Numbered from the stretch's first letter, positions 53,808 to 63,554 are shown. The stretch is DNA of 64,000 nt from Planctomycetota bacterium (GCA_046290465.1 JBKAGP010000001.1:1152001-1216000), one strand, 5' to 3'. The notes: generated from the sequence alone by a model not told the origin. Numbers and translations: made by a program.

Positions 53808-54626
53808 TCAGTCGACCGCTCCGACGAACACCTCGTCGACCGAAGGCACGACCCCGGCGTCGCCGACCACCCGGACGTGCGGACCGACCGGCGCCCACAC
53901 CGACGGCGCGGTCGCGACGAACACCGCGGTGGTCGCGACGCCGAGCGCCGCCGCGAGGTGCGTGACGCCGCTGTCGTTGCCGTAGAGGCGGCCGGCCGAC
54001 TCGAGCCGGTGTGCGAGCCGACGCGGCTCCGGTTCGACGACGAACGTCACCTCGCCGGGCCAGGCCCAGGCGTGCGGGTCGTCGCGTTCGCGCTCGACCG
54101 GGCCGACGACCACCTGGACGGTGTGGCCGGCGCGCTGCAGGCGTCCGGCGAGCTGCAGCCATCGTTCGCGCGGCCAGCACTTGTGCGCGCCGCCGCTGCC
54201 GGGCGCGAGTACGCGGGCGCCGATCGCGTCGGCGCGCGGCGGCAGCAGCTGCGCGTCGTCGGGCCAGCGCGGCTCGAGGCCGGCCTGGTGCACGAGCTGC
54301 AGCCCAAACGGCACCCCCGGCTCGACCCGGGAGACGTGCAGCGCACGCTGCACCAGATCGACCTCGTCGCCGACCACCAGGTCGAACGACGCCAACAGGC
54401 CGCGGGCGCGCTCCGGCTGCCACAACCACAGGTCCTCGGCCGACAGCGCGACGTCGGTCGCGCCGTAGGCGCACAGCACGTCGCAGGATTCCCGCGTGCC
54501 TGCGAGGTGCAGGTGGGCGTCCGGGTGCGCGCGCCGCAGCGCGCGCAGCAGCGGCACGGTGAGCAGGGTGTCCCCCAACCCGCCGCGGCGGATCACCAGC
54601 ACACGTTCCGCACAGCGGAGCGTCAC
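53808..54626 (-). CDS. Glycosyltransferase family 9 (heptosyltransferase-like)
   Basis: VLVIRRGGLGDTLL, PGSGGAHKCWP, GNDSGVTHLAAALG. Confidence 0.85.
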   Translation of the reverse strand: MTLRCAERVLVIRRGGLGDTLLTVPLLRALRRAHPDAHLHLAGTRESCDVLCAYGATDVALSAEDLWLWQPERARGLLASFDLVVGDEVDLVQRALHVSRVEPGVPFGLQLVHQAGLEPRWPDDAQLLPPRADAIGARVLAPGSGGAHKCWPRERWLQLAGRLQRAGHTVQVVVGPVERERDDPHAWAWPGEVTFVVEPEPRRLAHRLESAGRLYGNDSGVTHLAAALGVATTAVFVATAPSVWAPVGPHVRVVGDAGVVPSVDEVFVGAVD

Positions 54627-54705
54627 GGGCGCAGCCCGCTCGGGGACTGCGCCGGTGCCGCGCGCCGCGGAGACGGGCTACGTGCCCACGGCATGCACAC
54701 GCTGG

Positions 54706-55686
54706 CTACCGACCCAGCTGCTTTTGTGCCTCGGCCGCGGCGTAGGTGCCTTCGTACTTGTCGGCGAACTTGCGCAGGCCTGCCATCAGCTTGCGACGCT
54801 GCGCGATCGAGCTCGGGTCGTACTTGGCCTGCAGCTTCTGCAGCGCCTTGCACGCGGCGATCTCCTTCTTGATGTTCGCGTCCTTGCTGAAGCGCTTGAG
54901 CTCGGCTTCGGCATCGTCGGCGGCGGGGAAGCCCTTCCACTCCTTCTTGATGCGATCGAGGGTCTCGCGCGCACGCAGGTAGTCGGGACCGTCGGCGAGC
55001 TTCTTGACGCGCGCGCGCTGCTTCTCGGCCCGCTTCTGCAGCTCCTGCTGCTGGGCCGCGAACACGTCGCGCATCTCCGCGTCGAGCTTCTCCGCCTGCA
55101 GCATCTTGGCCAGGTAGGCCTCGAGCCGGCGGTAGTCGCCCTTCTCCCACATCTTGCGGATGGGGTCGTAGCGCGAGTCCTCGGGCATCTTCGGCGCCAG
55201 CGACACGTTCTCGAGCAGCTGCTCGATGGTCGCCTCGCTCGGCATGCGGTCGTCGGGCACCGAGTGCACGGTGCCGTCGGGCGCGATGCAGTAGACGCTC
55301 GGGTAGAACTTGATGCCGTACTTCTGGGTGTCGGACGCCTTGATCTTGGCCATCGGGTACTTCGCCCCGAGACCGTCGATGAAGGTCTTCTCGATCTTGT
55401 CCTCTTGCTCATCGGACACGCCGATGACCAGCAGCCCCCGCTCCGCGAACTTCTCGTGCAGTTCGTTGAGGTGCGGGACGGCCGCCTTGCAGGGGCCTCA
55501 CCAGGTGGCGCCGAAGTCCAGGATGACGACCTTGCCCTCGAGTTCGTCGAAGGACTCGGGGCCGTCGTTCCAGACCTTGACGAACTCGATCGGCGGCGGC
55601 GTCGAGCCCTTCTGCTGCGCGGCGAGGGTGCCGGCGGAGAGGAGCGCGAGCCCCGCCACGAATGCGCGTGACGTGCTGCGGTTCAT
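54706..55686 (-). CDS. Exported TlpA/thioredoxin-like selenoprotein (UxxC) with helical C-terminal domain; in-frame TGA at 55498-55500
   Basis: Track ORFs 55498..55953 and 54706..55419 are in one frame: GKVVILDFGATW-[TGA]-GPCKAAVPHLNELHEKFAERGLLVIGVS..YGIKFYPS; signal peptide from ATG 55686. Confidence 0.85.
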
Positions 55687-55874
55687 GGCGAGCATGCTAG
55701 CAGAGCGGGCCGGCGGCGCTGCATGCAAGCGCGATCGGTACAGGCAAACGACCACCGCCGACGCTGGACGAGCGTCGACGGTGGTCGCCATGGCAACGGG
55801 CCGGTGCCGATGCCCGCCGGGGCCGATGCACCTGCGGGTGCACCTGGGCGGGCCGGGCCGCGCTCGTGCCGGCG

Positions 55875-56480
55875 CTACTTGTTGTGCGCCTGGTGCACGC
55901 GGCCGACCATCTCCGGTCCGGGGGTCAGCGTGGTGTCGCCGTCGTCCTTCCACTTGGAGGGACAGCCTTCGGCCGGCTTCTTGCCGAGGTAGATGTTCGC
56001 CTTGAACTTGCGCATCGTCTCATCGATGTTGCGGCCGAGGTTCAGGAAGTTGACCTCGCTGTTCATCAGCTTTCCTTCCGGAGAGATCAGGTAGGTTCCG
56101 CGCAGGCAGAAGCCGCCGTTCCAGACACCGAACTGCTTGGCGAGATCACCGTTGCGGTCCGAGCCCATGTGGAACTTGACGGCTTCGAGATCCTTCTCCT
56201 CACGCTGCCAGGCCAGGTGCACGAAGTGCGTGTCGGCGCTGACGGTGACGATCTCACAGCCCATCTTCGCGAAGCGTTCTTGCTGCTCTGCCAGAGCAGC
56301 GAATTCAGTGCTTCAAACGAAGGTGTAGTCGGCCGGGTAGAAGAACAGCATCGTCCACTTGCCGTTCTTCATCGCTTCGCTGAGCTTGTACTCGCCGAAG
56401 CCGAGCTCGGTGGGTTCGTAGGTGGTGAGGGTGAAATCGGGGACCGTATCCCCGACCTGAAGAATGGAGTTCTCGGTCAT
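55875..56480 (-). CDS. ahpC: AhpC-type peroxiredoxin, selenocysteine at the peroxidatic position; in-frame TGA at 56313-56315
   Basis: FFYPADYTFV-[TGA]-STEFAALAEQQERFAKMGCEIVTVSADTHFVHLAW..LRGTYLISPEG..GRNIDE..EGCPSKW; AAGGA SD before ATG 56480. Confidence 0.9.
56282..56300 (-). promoter_or_regulatory. Bacterial SECIS-like hairpin in ahpC
   Basis: mRNA UGA-12 nt-GCUGCUCU-GGC-AGAGCAGC: perfect 8-bp stem with a G-containing apical loop. Confidence 0.7.
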
Positions 56481-56620
56481 GTTGGTTCCTTGGGACGGAA
56501 GGTAGGGGCCATCGGCCCCCATCTCCAGTCGTATTGGTCGCAGGGATTCGGGATTCCAGACCCGGAAGCAGTGGCCTGGCCACGGGCTTCCGGGCACCAT
56601 GTTCGCCCTCGAATCCGAAC

Positions 56621-58696
56621 GTGAGCACGACCACCCCCGACAACCCTTCTCCACAACCCTCCTCCACCGCCGCGCAGGCGCTGGCCGCTGCCGGTGACGC
56701 CCAGAGCGCCGCCGACGTCGGCGCGCTCGACGACGCCGCCAAGCAGGCGGCGCTGCGCCTCGGCGCCAGCAAGAAGGGCCTCGTCGAACGGCTGATCTAC
56801 GGTCCGTTGCCGGAGACCGACGAACTGCAGAGCGGCGCGGCCGGTGCGGCCCGGGTCGACACCGCACCCGGCGACGAGGTGATCGCCGCGGCCCTCGGGG
56901 CGCTCGAGCGCGGCGAGGCGTTCACCGCCGACGGCAAGCTGTCCACGACGCTGCGCAAGGAGGTCGCCGCGGCCGGCGGCTACGGCTTCACCGTCCCCAA
57001 CGAGTTCGGCGGCAAGGAGTGCGAGTACACCCAGCTCGCGCTGGTCGAGGAGGAGATGGCCGCCAACGGCCTCGGCCCGCTGGCGGTCGAAATCTCGGGC
57101 GAACTGACCATCGGCGCCGGCTCGCTGCTCGCCTACGGCACCGACGAGCAGAAGCGCACGTTCCTGCCGCTGGTCAGCGACGGCGAGCTGATGGCGTTCG
57201 GGCTGACCGAGGTCGGCATCGGCGTCAACGCCAAGAAGGTGCGGGCCTACGTCGAGCCCGATCCGTCGGGAACGGGCTACCGCCTGTTCGCGCAGGGCGA
57301 CCGCAACAAGCTGTGGATCACCAACGCGACCCACGGCGGCCTGGTCGGGATCGTCGCGCGCGTCGGCGAGACCGGCAAGAAGGTCGGCTTGTTCGTGATG
57401 CGCCTGCCCGAGCAGGACGTGCAGCGCGGGGGCGACCGGGACTACGAGTTCTGGTGCCAGTCGTCGAACACCGGTGCGTTCACGGCCAACTACAACTCGC
57501 GGCTCCACTTCGACAACTTCCCGATCCAGGCCGACCAGGAGATCCAGGCCGACGGCGTCGAGGTGTTGTTCTACTGCCTGCGCATGGGCCGCTGCATGCT
57601 GGCGGCGATGGCCGCCGGCTACCAGCGCATGTTCGCGGCCGATGCCGCGGCCTACGCGATCGGCCGGGAAGGTGTCGGCGGCCAGGTCATCAAGCACGAA
57701 CTGCCGCGCCAGCACCTCGGCAAGATGCTCGGCGGTGCGCTGATGTCGCGCGCGCTCAGCCACCTGTCCCTGCGCCAGGACAAGGCGGGAGTCGACCTCG
57801 CCGGCCTGCGCGACCTGACCAAGTCGGCCGCGGCGACCAGCGCGCTCGACTCGCAGATCGCGTGCGAACGAGTGCTCGGCGGCCGGTCGTTCGACCAGAC
57901 GTCGCGGGTGCACGACGCGCGCCACAACATGCACGTGTTCGGCGTGGTCGAGGGCGAGGACGACCTGATCCTGATGGGCATGGTCAAGGACGTCACCGAC
58001 ACGTTCACGACCAGATACATGGCCGGCATGCTCGGCGTGCTGCAGTCGCTCAACGTCGGCGCGGACGGCAAGCCGCTGCCGCGCGACCAGCGCATCCTGC
58101 GGATCACGCCGGCGACGGTGTTCGACAAGCCGGGCAAGGTGCTGACCGCGACCTGGCGCCTGCTGGGCAACGGCTCGTTCTACAAGCTCGCCGGCTGGAT
58201 CGCCGGCAACGCGATCCAGGAGGTCGTGCGGCTGCCGTTCCGGCTGTGGCCGACGGCGTGGTCGCCGCGCCACCAGCTGGTCGCGAGCGAGCTGGCCGGC
58301 TACGCCCGCTTCGCCGAGCGCCGCCTGCGCTGGCTGCGCTGGGCCTACCTCGGCATCAACCTGCACTTCCAGCTCGAGCTGACGCGCGCGCAGATCCCGC
58401 TGCAGCGGCTCGGCAAGGCGATCGAGCTGCTGGTGTCGATGCTCGCCGTCGCGCACCACGCGACCAGCACGCGTGACCCGAGCCAGATCCGGCTGGCGGC
58501 GCTGCAGTGCGAACAGCTCAAGACGCGCGTGCAGGGCCTGCGCCTGCTGACCGGCCTGTTGCAGATGGACCGGCTGCGTCGGCACGTCGCCAACGTCGGC
58601 GACGACGTCGAGAAGGGCCACAGCACGCTGCTGAAGGACGTCGAGCCGCAGGCGTTCGCGCACCCGTTCGAGCCCCAGCAGAAGCGCAGCAAGTGA
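56621..58696 (+). CDS. Acyl-CoA dehydrogenase family protein
   Basis: VPNEFGG, YGTDEQKRTFLP, AFGLTE, KLWITNA, VLGGRSF, VVEGEDDL. Confidence 0.82.
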   Translation: MSTTTPDNPSPQPSSTAAQALAAAGDAQSAADVGALDDAAKQAALRLGASKKGLVERLIYGPLPETDELQSGAAGAARVDTAPGDEVIAAALGALERGEAFTADGKLSTTLRKEVAAAGGYGFTVPNEFGGKECEYTQLALVEEEMAANGLGPLAVEISGELTIGAGSLLAYGTDEQKRTFLPLVSDGELMAFGLTEVGIGVNAKKVRAYVEPDPSGTGYRLFAQGDRNKLWITNATHGGLVGIVARVGETGKKVGLFVMRLPEQDVQRGGDRDYEFWCQSSNTGAFTANYNSRLHFDNFPIQADQEIQADGVEVLFYCLRMGRCMLAAMAAGYQRMFAADAAAYAIGREGVGGQVIKHELPRQHLGKMLGGALMSRALSHLSLRQDKAGVDLAGLRDLTKSAAATSALDSQIACERVLGGRSFDQTSRVHDARHNMHVFGVVEGEDDLILMGMVKDVTDTFTTRYMAGMLGVLQSLNVGADGKPLPRDQRILRITPATVFDKPGKVLTATWRLLGNGSFYKLAGWIAGNAIQEVVRLPFRLWPTAWSPRHQLVASELAGYARFAERRLRWLRWAYLGINLHFQLELTRAQIPLQRLGKAIELLVSMLAVAHHATSTRDPSQIRLAALQCEQLKTRVQGLRLLTGLLQMDRLRRHVANVGDDVEKGHSTLLKDVEPQAFAHPFEPQQKRSK

Positions 58697-58761
58697 CGCC
58701 GATGCGTTGCAGGTGAAGCCGATGCAGGGCAAGGGCAAGCAGGCCGACGGGAAGCCGGCGG

Positions 58762-58927
58762 CGCGGCAGCAACGCGGCTAGCCGCGCATTGCCCGCTCGT
58801 CGCGGCAGCAACGCGGCTAGCGGGCAAAGCCCCGTCCGAGGCGTACACGCCGCTTCCGCGATCCCGGTTGGCAGCGCGTCCACTACATGGACGCGCTCCT
58901 AGCCGCGCATTGCCCGCTCGTCGCGGC
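58762..58927. repeat. Direct repeats including an exact 29-bp copy of the glycosyltransferase 3' end
   Basis: ctagccgcgcattgcccgctcgtcgcggc at 58778-58806 and 58899-58927; cgcggcagcaacgcggctagc at 58762-58782 and 58801-58821. Confidence 0.88.
58873..58897. terminator. Perfect 10-bp hairpin between convergent genes
   Basis: agcgcgtcca-ctaca-tggacgcgct right after the glycosyltransferase stop; no U-tract. Confidence 0.5.
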
Positions 58928-61073
58928 GACGGTGCGAACGCATCAGCCGCCGCATCAGCCCGCGCGCCAACCGGTGCAGCGGCGGCGCCTTCTCGAGCAG
59001 GCCGGCGAGCCGCTCGGCAAACACGTAGCGCGTGACGCCGGGCCGGGCCCGCTGCGCGATCCGCGCCGGCCGCTCGGGCGGCAGCTCGATGCCGCGGATC
59101 GCGGCGACGTGCGCCCCGATGCCGCCGGACTGCAGCAGGTCGCGCAAGGCGTCCCGTTCGTCGTCGTCGTCGGCCCGGGACAGCTCCCGCTCGACCAGCA
59201 GGCCGACCTCGCCGAGGTGGCTCGCCCACCGCTCCGCGTCGAACGCCTCCACGCGCGCAAACGTGCGCGCACCGAGCGCCTCGGTGACGCGCTCGATCGG
59301 CAGGCCGCGCCGGGCCATGCACAACCAGAAGCTCCATTCCGGGTAGCGAACGATCTCGGGGTCGAACCGCACCCCGTGCCGGGCAAACACCTCGCGGCGG
59401 AACCACACGCCGGCGTCCTCGCGCGCGTGACGCAGCAGTTGCACCGGCCGGTCGAAGCACAGCGGCGTGACCCGGGCGATCGGCTCACCGTCGGGCGTGA
59501 CCGCGTCGAACCCGGTCTGCACCGCCATCGCCGCGGGCGCACTGCCGAACGCCCGGACCACCGCGCCGACGTGTGCTGGCGCGAGCCGCGTGTCGGCGCC
59601 GACGCAGAGCACGAGCGCTCCCGAGCAGGCCGCGACGGCGCCGTTGCGGGCGGCGGCCGGGCCACCCGGGATCGCGAGCGCGCGCACGCGCGCGTCGGCA
59701 CCCGCGGACGCGACCTGATCCGCATCCCGCGGATCGTGCGCGAGCACGACCTCGAGATCGCGGTAGTCCTGCTCGAGGACCGAGGCCAGCGACGCCCGCA
59801 CCGCCTGCCACCCACCGGGGCGGTCGCGTTCGGCGACCACGACCACCGAGACGAGCGGCGCGGGCGCGGCCGCCGGCGGCGGTGCCTGGCGCGCCGCCAC
59901 CAGCCCGGCGATCGCGTCGACGTAGCGGCGCGGCTCGCACAGTTCGCGGATCCGGGTCGCGGCGCTGCGGCCGATCTCGTCGAGCCGCGGCAGCGCCGCC
60001 GCGAGGTCGTCCTGCACCACCCGCACCAGATCCGCCGCGTCGCCGCCGTCGACGACGAAGCCGCTGACGCCGTGCTCGATCATCTCGCCCATGCCGCCGT
60101 TCTGGCCGCCGATCACGACGCGGCCGGCCGCCATCGCCTCGATGCACGTGTTGGGCCAGTTCTCCCACGGCGACGGCAGGATCACGACGTCCGCCTGCTG
60201 CAGCCGCTGCAGCATCTGCTCGCGCGGCAGGCGCCCGAGGAAGCGCACGTTGCCGGCGCCGCGCGCCTGCAGGTAGGCGACCTCGCTGGTCTGCAGCGGC
60301 GACGTCTCCCCGTCGCCGCCGATGCAGTCGATCGACAGCCCGGGCATCGCGGCAAACGCGTCGACCAGCTGGCGCACGCCCTTGCGCGGCTCGATCCGGC
60401 CGAAGTAGAGGAAGCGCAGCTCGTCGAGGCGGCGGCCCGGTCGCGGCAGCGCGGCCGTGAGCCCCGGCAGCTCCATCGGGTAGCGGATGATCTGCGCGAA
60501 GTCCCCGGGCAGGCCCAGCCGCTGCGCGACCATCTCGCGCAGGCGCTGCGACGGCGACCAGACCACCGGCGCCCGGCGGATGGTCGCGTCCTCGATCGCC
60601 ACCAGGTCGCGCTCGGCGGCGACCATCAGCCGCAGCGTCAAGTTGTACTCGCTGCATTCGTGCGTCGGCGAATGCAGCACGACCGCCACGACCGCGTCGC
60701 CGAACGCCCGCGTGCGCCGCTGCTGCTCGACGACGCACGCGCCCCAGCCGCCGAAGTCGGCGAACTCAATGTAGTCGAACGGCTGGCCGGCCTGCACCAG
60801 GGACCGTTCGGCCAGCGCAGCGAACCGCAGCGCTGCGCCGCCGAACGCGAACGGCGGCATGCCAGCGGCGCCGCCGGTGTCCTGCACGAACACCACCCGG
60901 TGGAAGTCGCGGTGCGCCCGCAGCCGTTCTTGCGCCGCGCCATCGGGCGCCTCGGTAACCAGCCAGACCTCGTGCCCGGCCGCGGTCAGCGCCTTGGCCG
61001 CCTCGGCCACGTAGGTGCCGATGCCCCCGCCGCGCACGCCGGCGAGTTCGTAGCTGCACAGCGCGATCCTCAT
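58899..61073 (-). CDS. Two-domain glycosyltransferase (GT4 + GT2)
   Basis: GGIGTY, YFGRIEPRKG, PSPWENWPNTCIEAMAAG, then PLVSVVV..SVLEQDY..AARNGA. Confidence 0.85.
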   Translation of the reverse strand: MRIALCSYELAGVRGGGIGTYVAEAAKALTAAGHEVWLVTEAPDGAAQERLRAHRDFHRVVFVQDTGGAAGMPPFAFGGAALRFAALAERSLVQAGQPFDYIEFADFGGWGACVVEQQRRTRAFGDAVVAVVLHSPTHECSEYNLTLRLMVAAERDLVAIEDATIRRAPVVWSPSQRLREMVAQRLGLPGDFAQIIRYPMELPGLTAALPRPGRRLDELRFLYFGRIEPRKGVRQLVDAFAAMPGLSIDCIGGDGETSPLQTSEVAYLQARGAGNVRFLGRLPREQMLQRLQQADVVILPSPWENWPNTCIEAMAAGRVVIGGQNGGMGEMIEHGVSGFVVDGGDAADLVRVVQDDLAAALPRLDEIGRSAATRIRELCEPRRYVDAIAGLVAARQAPPPAAAPAPLVSVVVVAERDRPGGWQAVRASLASVLEQDYRDLEVVLAHDPRDADQVASAGADARVRALAIPGGPAAARNGAVAACSGALVLCVGADTRLAPAHVGAVVRAFGSAPAAMAVQTGFDAVTPDGEPIARVTPLCFDRPVQLLRHAREDAGVWFRREVFARHGVRFDPEIVRYPEWSFWLCMARRGLPIERVTEALGARTFARVEAFDAERWASHLGEVGLLVERELSRADDDDERDALRDLLQSGGIGAHVAAIRGIELPPERPARIAQRARPGVTRYVFAERLAGLLEKAPPLHRLARGLMRRLMRSHRRRDERAMRG

Positions 61074-61147
61074 GCGTGCCCCCCTTCTAGCGGAAAGGCC
61101 GCGCGGTTTGCATGCAGAGGGGCAACCGCTACTGTTCGCGACGTCCC

Positions 61148-62029
61148 ATGCGCATCTCGGTGATCCTGCCCACGAAGGACCGCGGTCCCGAGATCGACCG
61201 GACGTTCGACGCGCTGCTGGCGCAGCAGCTGCCGCGCGCCGACTACGAGGTCGTGGTCGTCGACAACGCATCGTCGCCCGCCAACGCCAGAGCACTGGTC
61301 GCGTGGTGCGAGCGACACCCGGACGTGCTGCGCTACGTGTGCGAGCCCGAGCCGGGCCTCAACCTGGCGCGCAACGCGGGCATCGCCAACGCCCGTGGCG
61401 AGCTGCTCGCGTTCCTCGACGACGATGCGATCGCCGCGCCGCACTGGCTGGCCGAGCTGGTGCGCGCGTTCGACCAGCACCCGGCGGCGTGGGCCGTCGG
61501 CGGCCGGATCGTGTCGGAGTTCACGTCGACGCCGCCCGACTGGCTCGACGAACGGTTCGCCAACTACCTGAGCGACTTCGACCGCGGCGACGCGATCCGC
61601 GAGCTGCACTACGACGACTACCCGCGCGGCGCCAACATGGCGTTCCGACGGCACGCGTTCGAACGGTGCGGACCATTCGCGCCGGGCCTCGACCGCAAGG
61701 GCGACCTGCTGCTCAGCAACGGCGACATCGAGATGTGCTACCGCGTCGAGCAGGCCGGCCACGACGTGCTCTACGTGCCGGCCGCCGACGTGCGGCACCT
61801 GATCCGCGGCGACCGGCTCGACTTCGGCTGGTTCGCGCGCCGCGCCTACTGGCAGGGCCGTTCGCAGGCGCTGTTCGAGCGCATGCACTTCGGCCGCCTG
61901 CACCTGCTGCGCAAGCTGCCCTACCGGCTGCTGCGCACGCTCGTCAGCGCCGACCGCTACCGGCGGGCGCTGCATCGCGGGCTGTGCGGCGGAACCTGGC
62001 GACACCTGCTGCAATCCCGGTTCGACTAG
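61148..62029 (+). CDS. Glycosyltransferase family 2
   Basis: ISVILPT, VVVDNAS, GLNLARNAG, AFLDDD, GANMAFRR. Confidence 0.9.
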   Translation: MRISVILPTKDRGPEIDRTFDALLAQQLPRADYEVVVVDNASSPANARALVAWCERHPDVLRYVCEPEPGLNLARNAGIANARGELLAFLDDDAIAAPHWLAELVRAFDQHPAAWAVGGRIVSEFTSTPPDWLDERFANYLSDFDRGDAIRELHYDDYPRGANMAFRRHAFERCGPFAPGLDRKGDLLLSNGDIEMCYRVEQAGHDVLYVPAADVRHLIRGDRLDFGWFARRAYWQGRSQALFERMHFGRLHLLRKLPYRLLRTLVSADRYRRALHRGLCGGTWRHLLQSRFD

Positions 62030-62874
62030 GTGTCGCGCTCGCCGGCGCTCATGCGCATCTCGCGGTCCATGCCGACCACTCCCATGGTCGCGATCGACAG
62101 CAGCAGGCCGTAGAGCATGAACGGGTTGCTCAACAGGTTGCGACCTTCGATCAGGCCGAACCCGAGCATGCCCATCACCATGAAGTGGAAGCGCGTGCCG
62201 CCGGCCAGTTGCGCGACCGCGCCGACGACGGCACCCACCGGCACGTAGATCAAGAAGCGCAGCGGGTCCCCGGTCAGGAAGATCAGCAGAATCGAGTTCA
62301 CGAAGAACATCCCGGCCCCGTAGCCGGCCGCCCGCCGGATGCGCGCGCGCGCCTCCTTGCCGCTGGTGTCGTAGCGGTGCCGTTCCTCCGACCAGCTCGC
62401 GCGCAGCCGCTCCTGCTCCTGTTCGGGCAGTTCGCGGAACCAGGGTTCGAACTCGCGTGGGTCGCGGTCCGAGGCGCGCGCGACCTCGAACTCGGGTTCC
62501 GGCGGCGGCGGCGGCGGCGGAGCCGGCAGGTCGCCGGCGACGAACTGGCCGTGCAGCTGGTCGTTGGCGATCTGCGCCTGCCGCCCCTTGCGGCGCGTCC
62601 GGTCTTCGCGCCGCTGCAGCTCGGCGACCAGGCTGGTGCCGGTCCCCGACCTGGCACAGCGCTCGGCCAGCTCGCGCAGCATGCGCTCGCCGCGCTCGTT
62701 GCGCGGCGGCGGCTCCGGCTTCGGCGGCGCGGGCGGCGCCAGCAGCTCTTCGGGCACGAGGCCGTCGGGCGCCACCGGCTCACCGGGTGCGTCGAGTTCG
62801 CCGGGCCCGAGCGCCTGCTGCTCCGGCGTCAGCGGTGCCCAGTCATCGTCCGCGTCCTGGTCGTGGCCGGTCAT
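62026..62874 (-). CDS. Hypothetical membrane protein with Pro-rich N-terminus
   Basis: ORF with about 4 C-terminal TMs; stop overlaps the GT2 stop. Confidence 0.65.
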   Translation of the reverse strand: MTGHDQDADDDWAPLTPEQQALGPGELDAPGEPVAPDGLVPEELLAPPAPPKPEPPPRNERGERMLRELAERCARSGTGTSLVAELQRREDRTRRKGRQAQIANDQLHGQFVAGDLPAPPPPPPPEPEFEVARASDRDPREFEPWFRELPEQEQERLRASWSEERHRYDTSGKEARARIRRAAGYGAGMFFVNSILLIFLTGDPLRFLIYVPVGAVVGAVAQLAGGTRFHFMVMGMLGFGLIEGRNLLSNPFMLYGLLLSIATMGVVGMDREMRMSAGERDT

Positions 62875-62976
62875 CCCGACCTTTTCGACCGTTCGCACGG
62901 CACCGCTGCTCGACGGGCCGACCCGCCGATGCCATCGCGGCTTGAACCGCATCGCGTCACTCGCGATCCTGCGCAC

Positions 62977-63507
62977 ATGAACTCGCCTATGCGCTGGGCC
63001 ACGCTGGCCCTATTCCTGGCCACGACGGCCTGCTCGTTCCACAGCACCGCCACCCACTGGAACGGCATGTACGATGCCGACGGCAAGCCGGTGTTCGTCA
63101 AGACCACCACCAACGTCGGCTTCAACCTGCTGATCCTGCTGCCGATCGCCGGCAACACGACCATCGACTCGATGATCGACGAGACCACCGCCGAGATCGC
63201 CCGCGAAGGCGGCAGCCGCGTGCGCCTGGTGCAGAGCGGCTCGGAGAACTACTGGTACGGCTGGTCGCCGTTCACCTGGGTGCTGACGCCCGTCGTCACC
63301 GACGTCGTGATCGAATACGAACCGAGCAAGGTCGCGCTCGATGCGGCGATGGCCGACAACCGCGCCGCCGCGCAGCGCCATCGGCAGCGCGCGCAGGGCG
63401 ACAACACGCACATCGTGCCCGGCCCGCGGGACCAGCAGCCGCAGCCGCAGGCCGACGCGCCGCTGTCCGGCGCCGAGCCGACCGTGACCGGCCGCCACGG
63501 CGGCTGA
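62977..63507 (+). CDS. Hypothetical lipoprotein
   Basis: Lipobox TTA|C; 3' part of track ORF 61072..63507. Confidence 0.7.
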   Translation: MNSPMRWATLALFLATTACSFHSTATHWNGMYDADGKPVFVKTTTNVGFNLLILLPIAGNTTIDSMIDETTAEIAREGGSRVRLVQSGSENYWYGWSPFTWVLTPVVTDVVIEYEPSKVALDAAMADNRAAAQRHRQRAQGDNTHIVPGPRDQQPQPQADAPLSGAEPTVTGRHGG

Positions 63508-63554
63508 ACCTGCGAGGGGCTTGGCGACCCCGGCTTGCGGCCTACATTGGGCCG

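Noticed and set aside
54706..56480. Pseudogenes or genome-wide UGA reassignment
   Set aside because: Each gene has a single TGA exactly at the catalytic Cys and is otherwise intact. Many other genes in the window end at TGA at their expected C-termini.
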